A DNA stretch of 64,000 bases. It comes from Fidelibacterota bacterium (GTDB lineage: Bacteria; Fidelibacterota; Marinisomatia; Marinisomatales; Marinisomataceae). Below the pieces are notes generated by a model that was not told the origin of the DNA, did no database searches, and saw only the letters and a program-made list of their open reading frames with translations. Location: the NCBI GenBank assembly GCA_019650355.1, contig BOWX01000004.1, positions 718-64,717 on the forward strand. Reading direction: 5' to 3'. Of this stretch, positions 30,054 through 40,266 are shown one piece after another (position 1 is the first letter of the stretch; every line of letters begins with the position of its first letter). The translations under genes and the position numbers were made by a program.

Positions 30054-30773
30054 ATGACATCAAACGAATTCATATTATTTGGTTCAACTCATTTACTAAC
30101 TCTTTTTATAATCTTTGGAGCTTCATTTGCTTTCTCTTTTTATGTTAAAAATGATTACGATGAAATTAGATATGCTATGTTTGAAAAGATTTTGGCTTAC
30201 CTTTTAATTTTTAATGAATTACTAAAACCATTTTATTTGAATTATTTTAGTCCAGAAGATTATAATTGGACGAACACTATTCCTTTACATGCATGCCATT
30301 TTTCATCTTATGCTACAGGACTCTTTTTATTAACACGAAATCAAAAGTTTTTCGATTTTGCATATTTCTGGGGTCTTGGAGGAGGAACAATGGCTCTTTT
30401 CACTCCAGATATTGAGTTCACTTTCCCTGATTTAGATTTCATTACATTATTTTCTGGACATGGTTTATTATTTTTTGCCCTTCTATACATTGCAATTGGA
30501 ATTAAGCAGAATATCACATTTGAATCTTATAAAAATGCTATAAAATTTTCTCTTTATATACTTCCAGTAGTATACATAATAAATGTATTGGTTGGAGGTG
30601 AACCTGGCTTTGAAGCTAATTTATGGTATTTGATGAAAGCGCCTACCGGTGAATCTTTAATGAGCTTTTTCCCAAGTCCACCTTTACATGTTATACCGCT
30701 TTTCCCGATTGTAATGTTTGTTTTCTATCTTTTATATTTACCATACAAATTCAAGGAGAAGAATAATGATTAA
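30054..30773 (+). CDS. YwaF/TIGR02206 family membrane protein
   Basis: FGSTH, PLHAC, AYFWG, TPD, NLWYL..P. Confidence 0.85.
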   Translation: MTSNEFILFGSTHLLTLFIIFGASFAFSFYVKNDYDEIRYAMFEKILAYLLIFNELLKPFYLNYFSPEDYNWTNTIPLHACHFSSYATGLFLLTRNQKFFDFAYFWGLGGGTMALFTPDIEFTFPDLDFITLFSGHGLLFFALLYIAIGIKQNITFESYKNAIKFSLYILPVVYIINVLVGGEPGFEANLWYLMKAPTGESLMSFFPSPPLHVIPLFPIVMFVFYLLYLPYKFKEKNND

Positions 30774-31291
30774 AGCAATATTAGTTTTTTCAATATTTTT
30801 TCAATGTTTTGAATGCAAATGATAATTTTCTAGAAAAAAAATTTCCAACTATTGAGGGAATATCTCTTTCAGGTAATGATGTGAAGTTTCCAGATGTTTT
30901 AATTGGTAAACCATCTGTTTTGGCAGTTGCTTTTAAACAAAAAGCTCAATTATGTATTAACTCTTGGGCAGATGAATTTTTTCCAAAATATGGTATTAAT
31001 AAGGATGTGCATTATTACGAAATTCCAATGTTAGGAGCTCAGTGGACCATGGCAAGAAATTGGATTGATGGTGGAATGCGTGGCGGAGTTCCCAAGCCTT
31101 TGCACGACTATACCGCAACTTACTACGGTCCTTTAAGATCTTACTATAAATCTTTAGGAATATCATCAAGAGGGGATTGTTATATGTATGTTCTTGATAA
31201 AGATGGAATCATAAAAAATCGTTTTAATGGCTATGCTACAAAAGATAGTTTAGAAGAAATGTTTAAACTAATTGACTCTTTAAATGAGTAA
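30766..31291 (+). CDS. ATP10-like/thioredoxin-fold exported protein (frameshift in the signal peptide)
   Basis: FPTIEG.SLSG, YEIPM, IDGGMRGGVP. Confidence 0.65.
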
Positions 31292-32228
31292 GGTAACTGA
31301 AAATTTTCAGCTTTACTTAAAGGCTACAGAATCTGCTGCCATAGCTGCTGCAAAACTCAGAGGAAATGGTGATGGAAAAGCTGCAGATAAAGTTGCAACT
31401 GAAGCTATGAGAAAAGTTCTTCAAGATTCAGAGGTACATACAAGAGTCGTAATTGGTGAAGGAGAAAGAGATGATGCACCAATGCTTTATATTGGCGAAG
31501 AGATGGGTAATCCTGAAAGTGATTTAAAAATTGATATTGCAGTTGATCCTTTAGAGTGTACCAATCATTGTGCTAAAGATTTACCTGATGCATTATCTGT
31601 TTTAGCTGCTGCACCAAGAGGAGCTTTATTGAATGCTCCTGATACATATATGAATAAATTGTGTGGCTCATCAAAATTAATAGGTCACATTGCTCTTGAT
31701 AATTCAGTTGAAGACAATTTATCTTTAGCAGCAAAAGCATTACAAAAAAATATTTCTGAATTAAAAATTATAGTAATGGATAGAGAAAGACATATTGATT
31801 TAATATCTACCTTGAAAGATTTAGGCGTTCAACCAATCCTGATTGGAGATGGTGATGTTTCAGGAGGATTAAAAGCAGCTGAAGGGTCGGTTGATTTGTT
31901 GTATGGAATTGGCGCAGCTCCCGAGGGAGTAATTACGGCTACTGCTGTAAAAGCTATGGGAGGTTTTTTTGAAGGAAGACTTCATTTTATGGATGACTCA
32001 TTTAAAGAAAGGGCCTTGAAAATGTTAGGTAGTGATATAAATAATTTATGGTCAGCTGATGATCTTTGTAGATCAACTGACTCTTTTTTCATTGCTAGCG
32101 GAGTTTGCTCAGGATGGATACCTGGTGTTAAATTTGATGGTAATAAGGCTGAAGTAACCTCAAAAATTATTTTTGGCGATTCAAGTGAAACACAAATAAT
32201 AACAAACGAATATATTTTAGGAGAATAA
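31284..32228 (+). CDS. glpX: Class II fructose-1,6-bisphosphatase
   Basis: VVIGEGERDDAPMLYIGE, DIAVDPLE, DGDV, APEGV. Confidence 0.95.
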   Translation: MSKVTENFQLYLKATESAAIAAAKLRGNGDGKAADKVATEAMRKVLQDSEVHTRVVIGEGERDDAPMLYIGEEMGNPESDLKIDIAVDPLECTNHCAKDLPDALSVLAAAPRGALLNAPDTYMNKLCGSSKLIGHIALDNSVEDNLSLAAKALQKNISELKIIVMDRERHIDLISTLKDLGVQPILIGDGDVSGGLKAAEGSVDLLYGIGAAPEGVITATAVKAMGGFFEGRLHFMDDSFKERALKMLGSDINNLWSADDLCRSTDSFFIASGVCSGWIPGVKFDGNKAEVTSKIIFGDSSETQIITNEYILGE

Positions 32229-32229
32229 A

Positions 32230-33213
32230 ATGTCAGAATTGCACGCTGTTGCACATAAAATGGTTGAAAAAGGTAAAGGAATTTTAGCTGCTGATGAAAG
32301 CACACCAACCTGCACTAAACGCTTTGCAAGCATCAATACAGATTCAACTGCAGAAAGCAGAAATTTTTATAGAAATATGCTTTTTACAACTGAAGATATT
32401 GAAAAATACATAAGCGGTATCATTTTATTTGACGAAACTTTTCATCAATCAGAATTATCATCAGGAATGAAATTTCCAGAATATTTAACATCCAAAAATA
32501 TATTACCTGGTATTAAAGTAGATCAGGGTTTGGAAGATTTTAGTCCTTATGAGAAACTGACTAAAGGCTTAGATGGTTTGTCAGAAAGGCTTAGTAAATA
32601 TTATGCACTTGGAGCACGATTTGCTAAATGGAGGGCTGTAATAACTCCTGGAGATAGTATACCAACTGATGATTGTATATTAGCAAATGCAAAAAATCTT
32701 GCTAAGTATGCTAAGAAATGTCAACAAGCTAACCTTGTTCCTATTGTAGAACCAGAAGTACTTATGGATGGAGCTCATACCATCGATGAGTCTTTTGATA
32801 TTACTTCACGAACATTAAATATGGTTTTTAATCAACTTGATGAACATAATGTTAGTTTGCAAGGCATTGTCTTAAAGCCAAATATGATTCTATCTGGTTA
32901 TGAGTGTTCTTATCAGGCAAGTATTGAAGAAGTTGCTGAAAAAACTGTTAACTGCTTATCTGCTCATGTGCCATCAGAAGTTCCTGGAATAGCTTTTCTA
33001 TCAGGGGGTCAATCTGATGAAGATGCAACATTACATTTAAATGAAATGAACAAATATGAAACAGATTGGAATTTAACCTTTTCTTACGGCAGAGCTCTCC
33101 AGCAGTCAGCATTAAAAGCTTGGTCAGGTAAAAAAGAAAATGTTACAGATGCTCAAGAAGCATTTATTGAAAAGGCCAAAGCTAACAGCCTAGCTACAGT
33201 TGCAGGATTGTAA
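32230..33213 (+). CDS. Class I fructose-bisphosphate aldolase
   Basis: GILAADES, FAKWRAV, PIVEPEV, LKPNM, FLSGGQ, SYGRALQ. Confidence 0.95.
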   Translation: MSELHAVAHKMVEKGKGILAADESTPTCTKRFASINTDSTAESRNFYRNMLFTTEDIEKYISGIILFDETFHQSELSSGMKFPEYLTSKNILPGIKVDQGLEDFSPYEKLTKGLDGLSERLSKYYALGARFAKWRAVITPGDSIPTDDCILANAKNLAKYAKKCQQANLVPIVEPEVLMDGAHTIDESFDITSRTLNMVFNQLDEHNVSLQGIVLKPNMILSGYECSYQASIEEVAEKTVNCLSAHVPSEVPGIAFLSGGQSDEDATLHLNEMNKYETDWNLTFSYGRALQQSALKAWSGKKENVTDAQEAFIEKAKANSLATVAGL

Positions 33214-33214
33214 T

Positions 33215-33829
33215 TTATACCCTACTTTGAAAGACAAGAATAGTATTTGTTGATTCAATTGTAAAATGATCTTCAAGTGATAAATTTCTAACTGCATCAT
33301 CTGAAGGTTTTAAAGAGTAAGACTGTAAAGGATATTCCAAATGTTTTGAATTTACAGTTGAGCTTCCCTTCATGCAGAAAAGACTCACTTTTTGTCCCGT
33401 AAATGACTCAAATTTTTTGTTACCTACACAAGGGCTAATTACTGAAAAATCTGTAAAAGCTTTCCAAGAAATTTTCTCACCAAAATCACTTAATGTATAA
33501 TAGTTTCCAAGAAAATGATCTTCACTTTCTCCAGATATTCCAAAAATAGAAATATTTAAAATATTTTTTTCAATACACCATTCTAAGGTTTTGCGAAAGT
33601 CAGTTTTATTTTGATCTGGGGTTTCAACTAACTCTATATTTTTATTATTTATATTTTGTAATGAATCAAGGTCTCCAATAATTACATCTGGAATGATTTC
33701 TAAATCAAAAAGCTTATTTGCTGATCCATCTACAGCAATGATATAGTCAGAATTAGTTATTTGATTAATTATAGTATCATCAGTGGGCATTTGACCATTC
33801 AAAATCACTGATACATTTTTTTTCGTCAT
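33215..33829 (-). CDS. thiN: Thiamine diphosphokinase
   Basis: AVDGSA, IGDLDS, DQNKTD, DH..GN. Confidence 0.9.
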   Translation of the reverse strand: MTKKNVSVILNGQMPTDDTIINQITNSDYIIAVDGSANKLFDLEIIPDVIIGDLDSLQNINNKNIELVETPDQNKTDFRKTLEWCIEKNILNISIFGISGESEDHFLGNYYTLSDFGEKISWKAFTDFSVISPCVGNKKFESFTGQKVSLFCMKGSSTVNSKHLEYPLQSYSLKPSDDAVRNLSLEDHFTIESTNTILVFQSRV

Positions 33830-33894
33830 TCATATGAAAGTTTACGAAAAGAATTGTAAATATTGTCCTTGATTAATATTATTGACAACTAAAA

Positions 33895-36045
33895 ATGAAA
33901 AAATTTTATTTATTAATTTTATTACTCAGCATTTCTTTTTCTCAAGATATCAAATTTTTTGGAACGATTTTAGATTCCGAAACCAAAGAACCAATAATTG
34001 ATGCTAATATAGTTTTCATAGGAAGTGATTTTGGATCTGCATCTGATTTAAATGGAAATTTTTCTGTTACAAATCTTCAAAAGCAAGAATATGAAATTTT
34101 AATATCTGCAATTGGATACAAAGATATTATAGCTTCAGTAAATTTGATTAATCAGGATAGCTATGTTTTTGAATTAATTCCTGAACCAGTACTATCAAGC
34201 GCTCTTAATGTTGTTGGAAGATTCCCCTCAAAACATCTTCCTTATTTTACTCAAAATATATCTAATGAAAAAATTTCGGACTATAATTATCAAACTATGT
34301 CTGAACTATTTAGAAATGTTGGAGGGGTAGATGTTCAAACTGCACATGATAATGGTAGAAATGCAAATTTTTCCATTCGTGGATCATCTGATTATAAGCC
34401 AGGAGGATATAATAATAGAGTTTTAGTTCTTCTTGATGGATTTCAAATAAGTATGCCATATTCCGGTTCTATTGATTGGAATGCAATGCCGCTTGATTTT
34501 TTAGATCGAGTTGAAGTAGTCAAAGGTCCAGTTTCTTCGCTTTATGGTCAAAATTCTATGGGTGGAATAATTAATTTAGTTACAAAAAACTATTCTGATG
34601 AATTTTACAATATCAAAGCAACTGTAGGAAGTTATGATTCAAAAGATGTAAATCTTACCATGAGCAATATTACTGATAATATTTCTTACACAGCGTTGCT
34701 TCAGCATAAAAAAGGAAATGGTCATAGATTTAATGCTCAATATGAACAAAACAATTTTTATACCAAAATATTTAATAAAAAACAGGATTTATCGGTATCA
34801 TTAATAGCAAATAAATCTGTAAATGGTCAACCTGGCTTTTACGTTGAAGACAGACCTAGCTTGACTTCTTATAGGATTTCAAATAGAGATTCAGTTTATT
34901 TACAATTGTTTAAAAAACAAACGTTGGATGCTAACAATAATATTGTTTATTCGCTTAGTATGAATCATTTCTACACAAATTATTTTGATAGAGACGATAC
35001 TCCAATAGAAGAAATTCAAGAACAAACATTTTACAATGACACAAGTTTGAATCTGAGAGCAGAATATCAAAAATTAGTCAGTAATAAATCATATTTGATC
35101 TTTGGTTCGGATATCATATTGGAACAATCTGATATTTCAATTTATAGAAATATTTATGATGACTTAAAACAAGTTACAGGTGGTTTTTTTGCACAAAATA
35201 GAATTCAATTAAACGAAAAATTGCTTTTAGGACTAGGATTAAGATTTGATTATAGAAATGTTGATAGAGGGGATGAATTTAGCTACAAGTCTTTTAGCGA
35301 TGTTTCACCAAAAATTAATTTAACCTTTAAAAGAGATAATTTTTCAACATGGAATTTTGCTTTAAGTAAGGGCTTTAGATCTCCTTCTTTATCTGAACTA
35401 TTTTTGCAATATGAATCTGATTATGGTTTAAATACTCAAGGAAATCCAAGTCTTGAACCTGAACAACTTTATGGGCTGGACATATCCTTTGATCGTTCTA
35501 ATAAATCTAATCTTACTTATTCCGTAAGTACATTTTATTATAAATATGAGGATATGATTGATTTTGTTTATGGGTTACCTGTTATAGCCCTTAATAGATC
35601 TGATATAAGTTCATGCGGCTTGGAATCTAATATATCGTATCAACTAAATACAAATTTTAATCTAGATTTGGGTTATACATATCTTAGAGTGAATGATATA
35701 AATGATATTGATCCTATTCTTTATAGACCAAATCATAAGCTTATATCAAGCATAAAGTATAAGTCAAAAAATATAAGACATATCATTTCTATGAGATATC
35801 AGTCTGAGCAGGATTATCAAGATTTTTTAAGTGATGAAAGAGAATATGAAGGGAGTGAAATAAAATTTCCAATTGAACAGCTTGATTCCCTAATTTTATT
35901 TAATTATATAGGTAGCTATGAGTTAAATAATAGAGATAAGATATCTCTTAAAATATCCAACTTATTTGATAAGCAATATGAATTAATTCAAGATTTCCCA
36001 ATGCCGGGTAGAACGATTAGTTTGATGTACGATAAAACATTTTAG
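33895..36045 (+). CDS. TonB-dependent receptor with N-terminal CarboxypepD-like domain
   Basis: FSIRG, VLVLLDG, RVEVVKGPVSSLYG, GFRSP, GNPSLEPE, NLFDKQY, PGR, terminal F. Confidence 0.92.
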   Translation: MKKFYLLILLLSISFSQDIKFFGTILDSETKEPIIDANIVFIGSDFGSASDLNGNFSVTNLQKQEYEILISAIGYKDIIASVNLINQDSYVFELIPEPVLSSALNVVGRFPSKHLPYFTQNISNEKISDYNYQTMSELFRNVGGVDVQTAHDNGRNANFSIRGSSDYKPGGYNNRVLVLLDGFQISMPYSGSIDWNAMPLDFLDRVEVVKGPVSSLYGQNSMGGIINLVTKNYSDEFYNIKATVGSYDSKDVNLTMSNITDNISYTALLQHKKGNGHRFNAQYEQNNFYTKIFNKKQDLSVSLIANKSVNGQPGFYVEDRPSLTSYRISNRDSVYLQLFKKQTLDANNNIVYSLSMNHFYTNYFDRDDTPIEEIQEQTFYNDTSLNLRAEYQKLVSNKSYLIFGSDIILEQSDISIYRNIYDDLKQVTGGFFAQNRIQLNEKLLLGLGLRFDYRNVDRGDEFSYKSFSDVSPKINLTFKRDNFSTWNFALSKGFRSPSLSELFLQYESDYGLNTQGNPSLEPEQLYGLDISFDRSNKSNLTYSVSTFYYKYEDMIDFVYGLPVIALNRSDISSCGLESNISYQLNTNFNLDLGYTYLRVNDINDIDPILYRPNHKLISSIKYKSKNIRHIISMRYQSEQDYQDFLSDEREYEGSEIKFPIEQLDSLILFNYIGSYELNNRDKISLKISNLFDKQYELIQDFPMPGRTISLMYDKTF

Positions 36046-36049
36046 TCTT

Positions 36050-36104
36050 TTGAGACACAATCTCAATAAATTTGCTTGACCTAAATTCTTTTCATTATTA
36101 TAAT
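36050..36104 (+). promoter_or_regulatory. Palindrome (Fur-like) plus consensus sigma70 promoter
   Basis: TTGAGA-CACAA-TCTCAA at 36050-36066; TTGACC(36076)-17 nt-TATAAT(36099). Confidence 0.65.
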
Positions 36105-36129
36105 CCTTCAAACATATAAAGGGGAAAAA

Positions 36130-36618
36130 ATGAATATCATAAAAAAACTATCATTATTTACAGTTGTTTTTTCAATGTTGTTTTTGGTTTCTTGCGAGGA
36201 TGACTCAAGTGATCCAGCGACTTCAGGAACATTGAATATATCAATTAATTTAACAAATCCTGATTCATGGCCTTCTGAAGGAACAGTATTTTGTTCTTTA
36301 GATAAAACTTGGCCTCCTTCAGGTGCACCATATAAATCTGTTGTACTGCAAAGTGCTCAGGTGCAAAATGGTCAAATTTCTTTAGTATTTGAAGATTTAG
36401 ATTTTGATACTTATAAATTATTATCAGTATCATGGTTAGATCCAGCTAATCCTAATCCTGCTTGCAATCAGGCAGTATGGGGAACACATAGTGGAAGCAT
36501 TCAAGCGTTTTATGCAGATGCAGTACCTTTTACATTTAGTGCAGAAAACTCTGAATTAAGTCTAGTAGTAAGTGCAGTAGCTAATACAGTAACACCTGAA
36601 TGTCCTCCAACTGGCTAA
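36130..36618 (+). CDS. Hypothetical lipoprotein
   Basis: Lipobox LVSC; AAGGGG RBS. Confidence 0.8.
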   Translation: MNIIKKLSLFTVVFSMLFLVSCEDDSSDPATSGTLNISINLTNPDSWPSEGTVFCSLDKTWPPSGAPYKSVVLQSAQVQNGQISLVFEDLDFDTYKLLSVSWLDPANPNPACNQAVWGTHSGSIQAFYADAVPFTFSAENSELSLVVSAVANTVTPECPPTG

Positions 36619-36637
36619 GGAAGTTTAATTGAATTAT

Positions 36638-36672
36638 AAAAAAAAGGCGAATATTTCATTCGCCTTTTTTTT
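36638..36672. terminator. Bidirectional intrinsic terminator
   Basis: AAAAAAGGCGAAT-ATTTC-ATTCGCCTTTTTT between convergent genes. Confidence 0.9.
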
Positions 36673-37273
36673 ATTTTAATTGATCAGAAACAAAGCTCCA
36701 ATTAATAGAGTTATTTAAAATTGCTTTAACGTAATCTGGTCGAACATTTTTATAATCTAAATAATAGGCATGTTCCCAAACATCAATTCCCATAAGAGCA
36801 TGTTTTCCATGTGCTAAGGGATTTTCACCATTTGGTGTTCCTAAGATTTCTAGCGATGAATCATTTTGGACTAACCAGCACCAACCACTTCCAAAAACTC
36901 CAATTGATTGTTGAACAAATTGATCTTTAAAAGAATCAAAATCTCCAAATGATTCTTCAATCATTGCATGAAGTTTTCCGCTTGGAGCACTTTCACCTCC
37001 TGGTTTCATTTGATCCCAATAAAGAATATGATTCCAAGCTTGACCAGCATTATTAAAAATTTTCTGATCCTTATTTTTAAAACTTTCTACAACTACATCT
37101 TCAAGGCTCATATCATTATATTTAGTTCCTTCAGCTAAAGTATTTAGCATATTAAAATATGCTAAATGATGTTTACCATAGTGAAGTTGAATAGTATCAG
37201 ATGATATGACTGGAGATAATTCATTTTCTCCAAAAGGTAGTGGGGGAAGATTAAATTTTTTTGCATCATTCAT
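36671..37273 (-). CDS. sodB: Fe/Mn superoxide dismutase (Fe-type signature)
   Basis: HYGKHH, FNNAGQAWNH, FGSGW, DVWEHAYY. Confidence 0.93.
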   Translation of the reverse strand: MNDAKKFNLPPLPFGENELSPVISSDTIQLHYGKHHLAYFNMLNTLAEGTKYNDMSLEDVVVESFKNKDQKIFNNAGQAWNHILYWDQMKPGGESAPSGKLHAMIEESFGDFDSFKDQFVQQSIGVFGSGWCWLVQNDSSLEILGTPNGENPLAHGKHALMGIDVWEHAYYLDYKNVRPDYVKAILNNSINWSFVSDQLK

Positions 37274-37354
37274 AAAAAACTCCTTTTAATCAATTTTTAA
37301 TTCATAAATTTAATTCCAATTTAATTGATATAATAAACATAAATAGGGAAAAAT

Positions 37355-37858
37355 ATGGCAAAAGTAAAATTAGGTGAATTTGAAGTAACACTAAATGGAG
37401 ATTTACCTTCTGTTGGAAGTCAATTACCAGATTTTTTATTGGCAGATGGTGATTTAAAGAATGTTAGTTTGGAACAGTTTAAGGGTAAAAAATTAGTTTT
37501 AAATATTTTTCCAAGCATGAGCACTCCAGTCTGTTCAGCTGCAGCAGTAAAATTTAATGCTTTAGCAAGCCAGTTTGAAAATACAGTTATTTTATGTATT
37601 TCTAGAGATTTAGGATTTAGTCATAAACAGTTTTGTCTAAATCATAATATCAATGATGTAATTTTCTTATCAGATATGAGAAATGAAGATTTTGCCAATG
37701 AATATGGTGTTCTACACACTAATGGAAAATTTCAAGGTTTACTTGCTAGATCAGTAATTGTTACAGATTCTAATCATAAGATTATTCATACACAGCTTGT
37801 TGATCAAACAGGGCATGAACCTGACTATGATAAAGTAGTTGAATTCCTTACTTCGTAA
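37355..37858 (+). CDS. tpx: Thiol peroxidase
   Basis: NIFPSMSTPVC, ISRDL, FC, LARSV, EPDY. Confidence 0.92.
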   Translation: MAKVKLGEFEVTLNGDLPSVGSQLPDFLLADGDLKNVSLEQFKGKKLVLNIFPSMSTPVCSAAAVKFNALASQFENTVILCISRDLGFSHKQFCLNHNINDVIFLSDMRNEDFANEYGVLHTNGKFQGLLARSVIVTDSNHKIIHTQLVDQTGHEPDYDKVVEFLTS

Positions 37859-38729
37859 TAAGAACAGGACAATTACATTTTTGAGCAATACTTAAAGGTT
37901 TACTGCCAAAAAAGTATTTCATTATTGGATTTTTTGGAGAAACTCCAAGAATTACAATGCTATCATCTTTTGCGTAATTGACAATTGAATTTACCGTAGG
38001 GCCATCAATTAATTTTGTTGAAGTTTTAATTCTATTTTTTGAAAACTTTTCTTTTGTTTTCTTAAGTATTTTTTCTACTTCTTCAATCGATTTTTTTCCT
38101 TCTGGAACTGAAACTATTTCAACATTGAGTTTATAAGATTTTGCAAAATTTATAGCAGTTTCTATAGCCATATCTGAACCTTTGGAATCATTTACCGGTA
38201 GGAGTATTTTATACTTTTTACTAACAGAATAATTTTTGACAACAAAAACTGAACTATCTATAAATTGAACCAATTTTTGATGAATCCCTTTATTCCCACC
38301 ACCACCAATTATGGTTATATCATGCTTATTAGTTTCTACTTCATTTTTTAGTTGTTCAATTATTTCTCCTGTGCGCATGATTAAATCAATTTTATCTGAC
38401 TGTTGTCCTTTTAGTAACACTTTCATTCTTGAATTTTCTTCATCAACTAATAGGTAATCATCAAATTTATTGGAGTCTTTTTCTTCAATATATTTTTTTG
38501 ATATCAAGAAATCATATGCCCACTCAAGCGTTCTAATTCCAGGCCTATAAAGTTCTCTATCATCCAAATTTTGATGTACTACACTTACATCTTTTTCTGA
38601 AAATTGACTTATTTTTTTACCAACATATGCAATTGTAGTTGATGATTTAAATGAATTTGCAATTTTCATTCCAAGATCTAAGGTAGGTTTTGAGAATTCT
38701 CTTCCACCAATAGCAATTAAAATTTTCAT
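37848..38729 (-). CDS. Tandem universal stress protein
   Basis: KILIAIGG...; KILLPVND; FGSKPLSIAQKCNCPVL. Confidence 0.8.
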   Translation of the reverse strand: MKILIAIGGREFSKPTLDLGMKIANSFKSSTTIAYVGKKISQFSEKDVSVVHQNLDDRELYRPGIRTLEWAYDFLISKKYIEEKDSNKFDDYLLVDEENSRMKVLLKGQQSDKIDLIMRTGEIIEQLKNEVETNKHDITIIGGGGNKGIHQKLVQFIDSSVFVVKNYSVSKKYKILLPVNDSKGSDMAIETAINFAKSYKLNVEIVSVPEGKKSIEEVEKILKKTKEKFSKNRIKTSTKLIDGPTVNSIVNYAKDDSIVILGVSPKNPIMKYFFGSKPLSIAQKCNCPVLITK

Positions 38730-40135
38730 AGCGTTACCCAATAAAATTGTGACATTAAATACAAAATAATAATCGAAATACTAAACATCAATATTCCAAC
38801 TCTAAAAAACATTTTAGTCGAAACTAATCCAGTAGAATATATAATCATTGCTGTTGGAGATGAAATTACAGTTAAGAATGAAAATCCTGAGGCTATTGCT
38901 GAAGAAAGAGCAAAGGAAATATCTGTTGGATGAAGTTCAATCGCCATTGGTCCAATTAATGATACAGTAGCTGAGCTAGTAAAAAAGTTAGCAGTGAGCC
39001 CTGATAAAACTGCCATTATTGACCAACTTACATTCATTGAATTTGAAGGCAAAGTTGCTAATAATTCATTGAATTTTAAAACAAGCCATGATGAAGCGCC
39101 TGTTTCATTTATTTGAAACCCTAGTGAAATTGTAGCTGCAAAAAGAAGAATAACTCCCCAGTTTGTATTTTTATTTATTTCTTCCCATGAAATCATTCCA
39201 AAAATCATAAACGTTAATGCTCCAGCAAGTGCAATGATTCCCAAGCCATAAATATCATTAAATGCAAACCAGCTTGAAACTATACCAATAATGATTAAAC
39301 ATGAAAAAAGATGGTTTATATTTTTTTTCACATCTGTTTTACCAACATTTTTTTTGAATCCACGCATCTTAATATTGTTTAATGAAGATGGAAAAGTAAA
39401 TTGAAGCACAAAATAGGCCACAACTAACTGAATAATTAAAATCGGATATGCGTGCTTCATCCATTTCCAATAATCAATACTGACGTTACTAAATTCTTGA
39501 AGATAGTTAATCATAATAACATTTCTAGCACCACCTGATGGAGTTCCAATTGATCCAATAATTGTACCATAAGCGATTGAAAATAAAGTGAGCAGCACAG
39601 CATTTTTTCCATCTGCTTGTTGGGTATCAATATTTTTTATAACCGATAAGCCAATTGGTAGCATAATTGCAATAACTGTATGCTCCCCCAGGAAAGAAGA
39701 TAGAATAGCAGAGATAGTCATTAGTCCTGCTAAAAACATTCTTTTACTTTTCCCAAAAATTTTAATAATCAGTTTTGCTAATCGTATATCAAGTCCTTGA
39801 TGTACAATTGCAATAGCGAACATTAATGAGCCCATTACAAATAATACTGCATCATTCATAAATGAAGAGGCTACAACATCTGGAGGTGCAACTCCAAGAA
39901 CAACTTGCAAAACTAACGTAAGCAATGCAATAGCTGGAAATGGTATAGGTTCAAATGTTACAAGCATAAACACAAGTAGAAGTATAATTAAGCTGTGATA
40001 GGCTGGAACTGTAAGTCCAACTGGCGTAGATAAATTTAAAAGAAATATTGAAATGATTACACTATACACAAACCATTTTTTTTGAGAAAACCAGAAAAGA
40101 ATTGATGAAGAAATAACTTTATATGATTCGTTCAT
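38726..40135 (-). CDS. DASS/SLC13 Na+:dicarboxylate/sulfate symporter
   Basis: EPIP, GTPSGGARN, NWGVILL, SSPT; many TMs. Confidence 0.88.
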   Translation of the reverse strand: MNESYKVISSSILFWFSQKKWFVYSVIISIFLLNLSTPVGLTVPAYHSLIILLLVFMLVTFEPIPFPAIALLTLVLQVVLGVAPPDVVASSFMNDAVLFVMGSLMFAIAIVHQGLDIRLAKLIIKIFGKSKRMFLAGLMTISAILSSFLGEHTVIAIMLPIGLSVIKNIDTQQADGKNAVLLTLFSIAYGTIIGSIGTPSGGARNVIMINYLQEFSNVSIDYWKWMKHAYPILIIQLVVAYFVLQFTFPSSLNNIKMRGFKKNVGKTDVKKNINHLFSCLIIIGIVSSWFAFNDIYGLGIIALAGALTFMIFGMISWEEINKNTNWGVILLFAATISLGFQINETGASSWLVLKFNELLATLPSNSMNVSWSIMAVLSGLTANFFTSSATVSLIGPMAIELHPTDISFALSSAIASGFSFLTVISSPTAMIIYSTGLVSTKMFFRVGILMFSISIIILYLMSQFYWVTL

Positions 40136-40189
40136 GAATTTGAATTTATCATATTTAATCAAAAAAAGTTAATACTTAAGTTTTATCTC

Positions 40190-40218
40190 TTGACTGAATA
40201 CCATTATAGACGTAATGT
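40190..40218 (+). promoter_or_regulatory. Putative sigma70 promoter of the act/cox operon
   Basis: TTGACT-17 nt-TAATGT. Confidence 0.45.
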
Positions 40219-40266
40219 TTACACATAATTTTATAAAAATTATTAAAGTTTTTTATAAGAGTTAAA

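Noticed and set aside
27755-31291. tRNA-anchored genomic island
   Set aside because: No integrase, no duplicated tRNA 3' end seen, and no obvious compositional shift
40225-40243. A/T-only inverted repeat upstream of actA (similar one at ~13358-13393)
   Set aside because: Expected by chance in very AT-rich intergenic DNA
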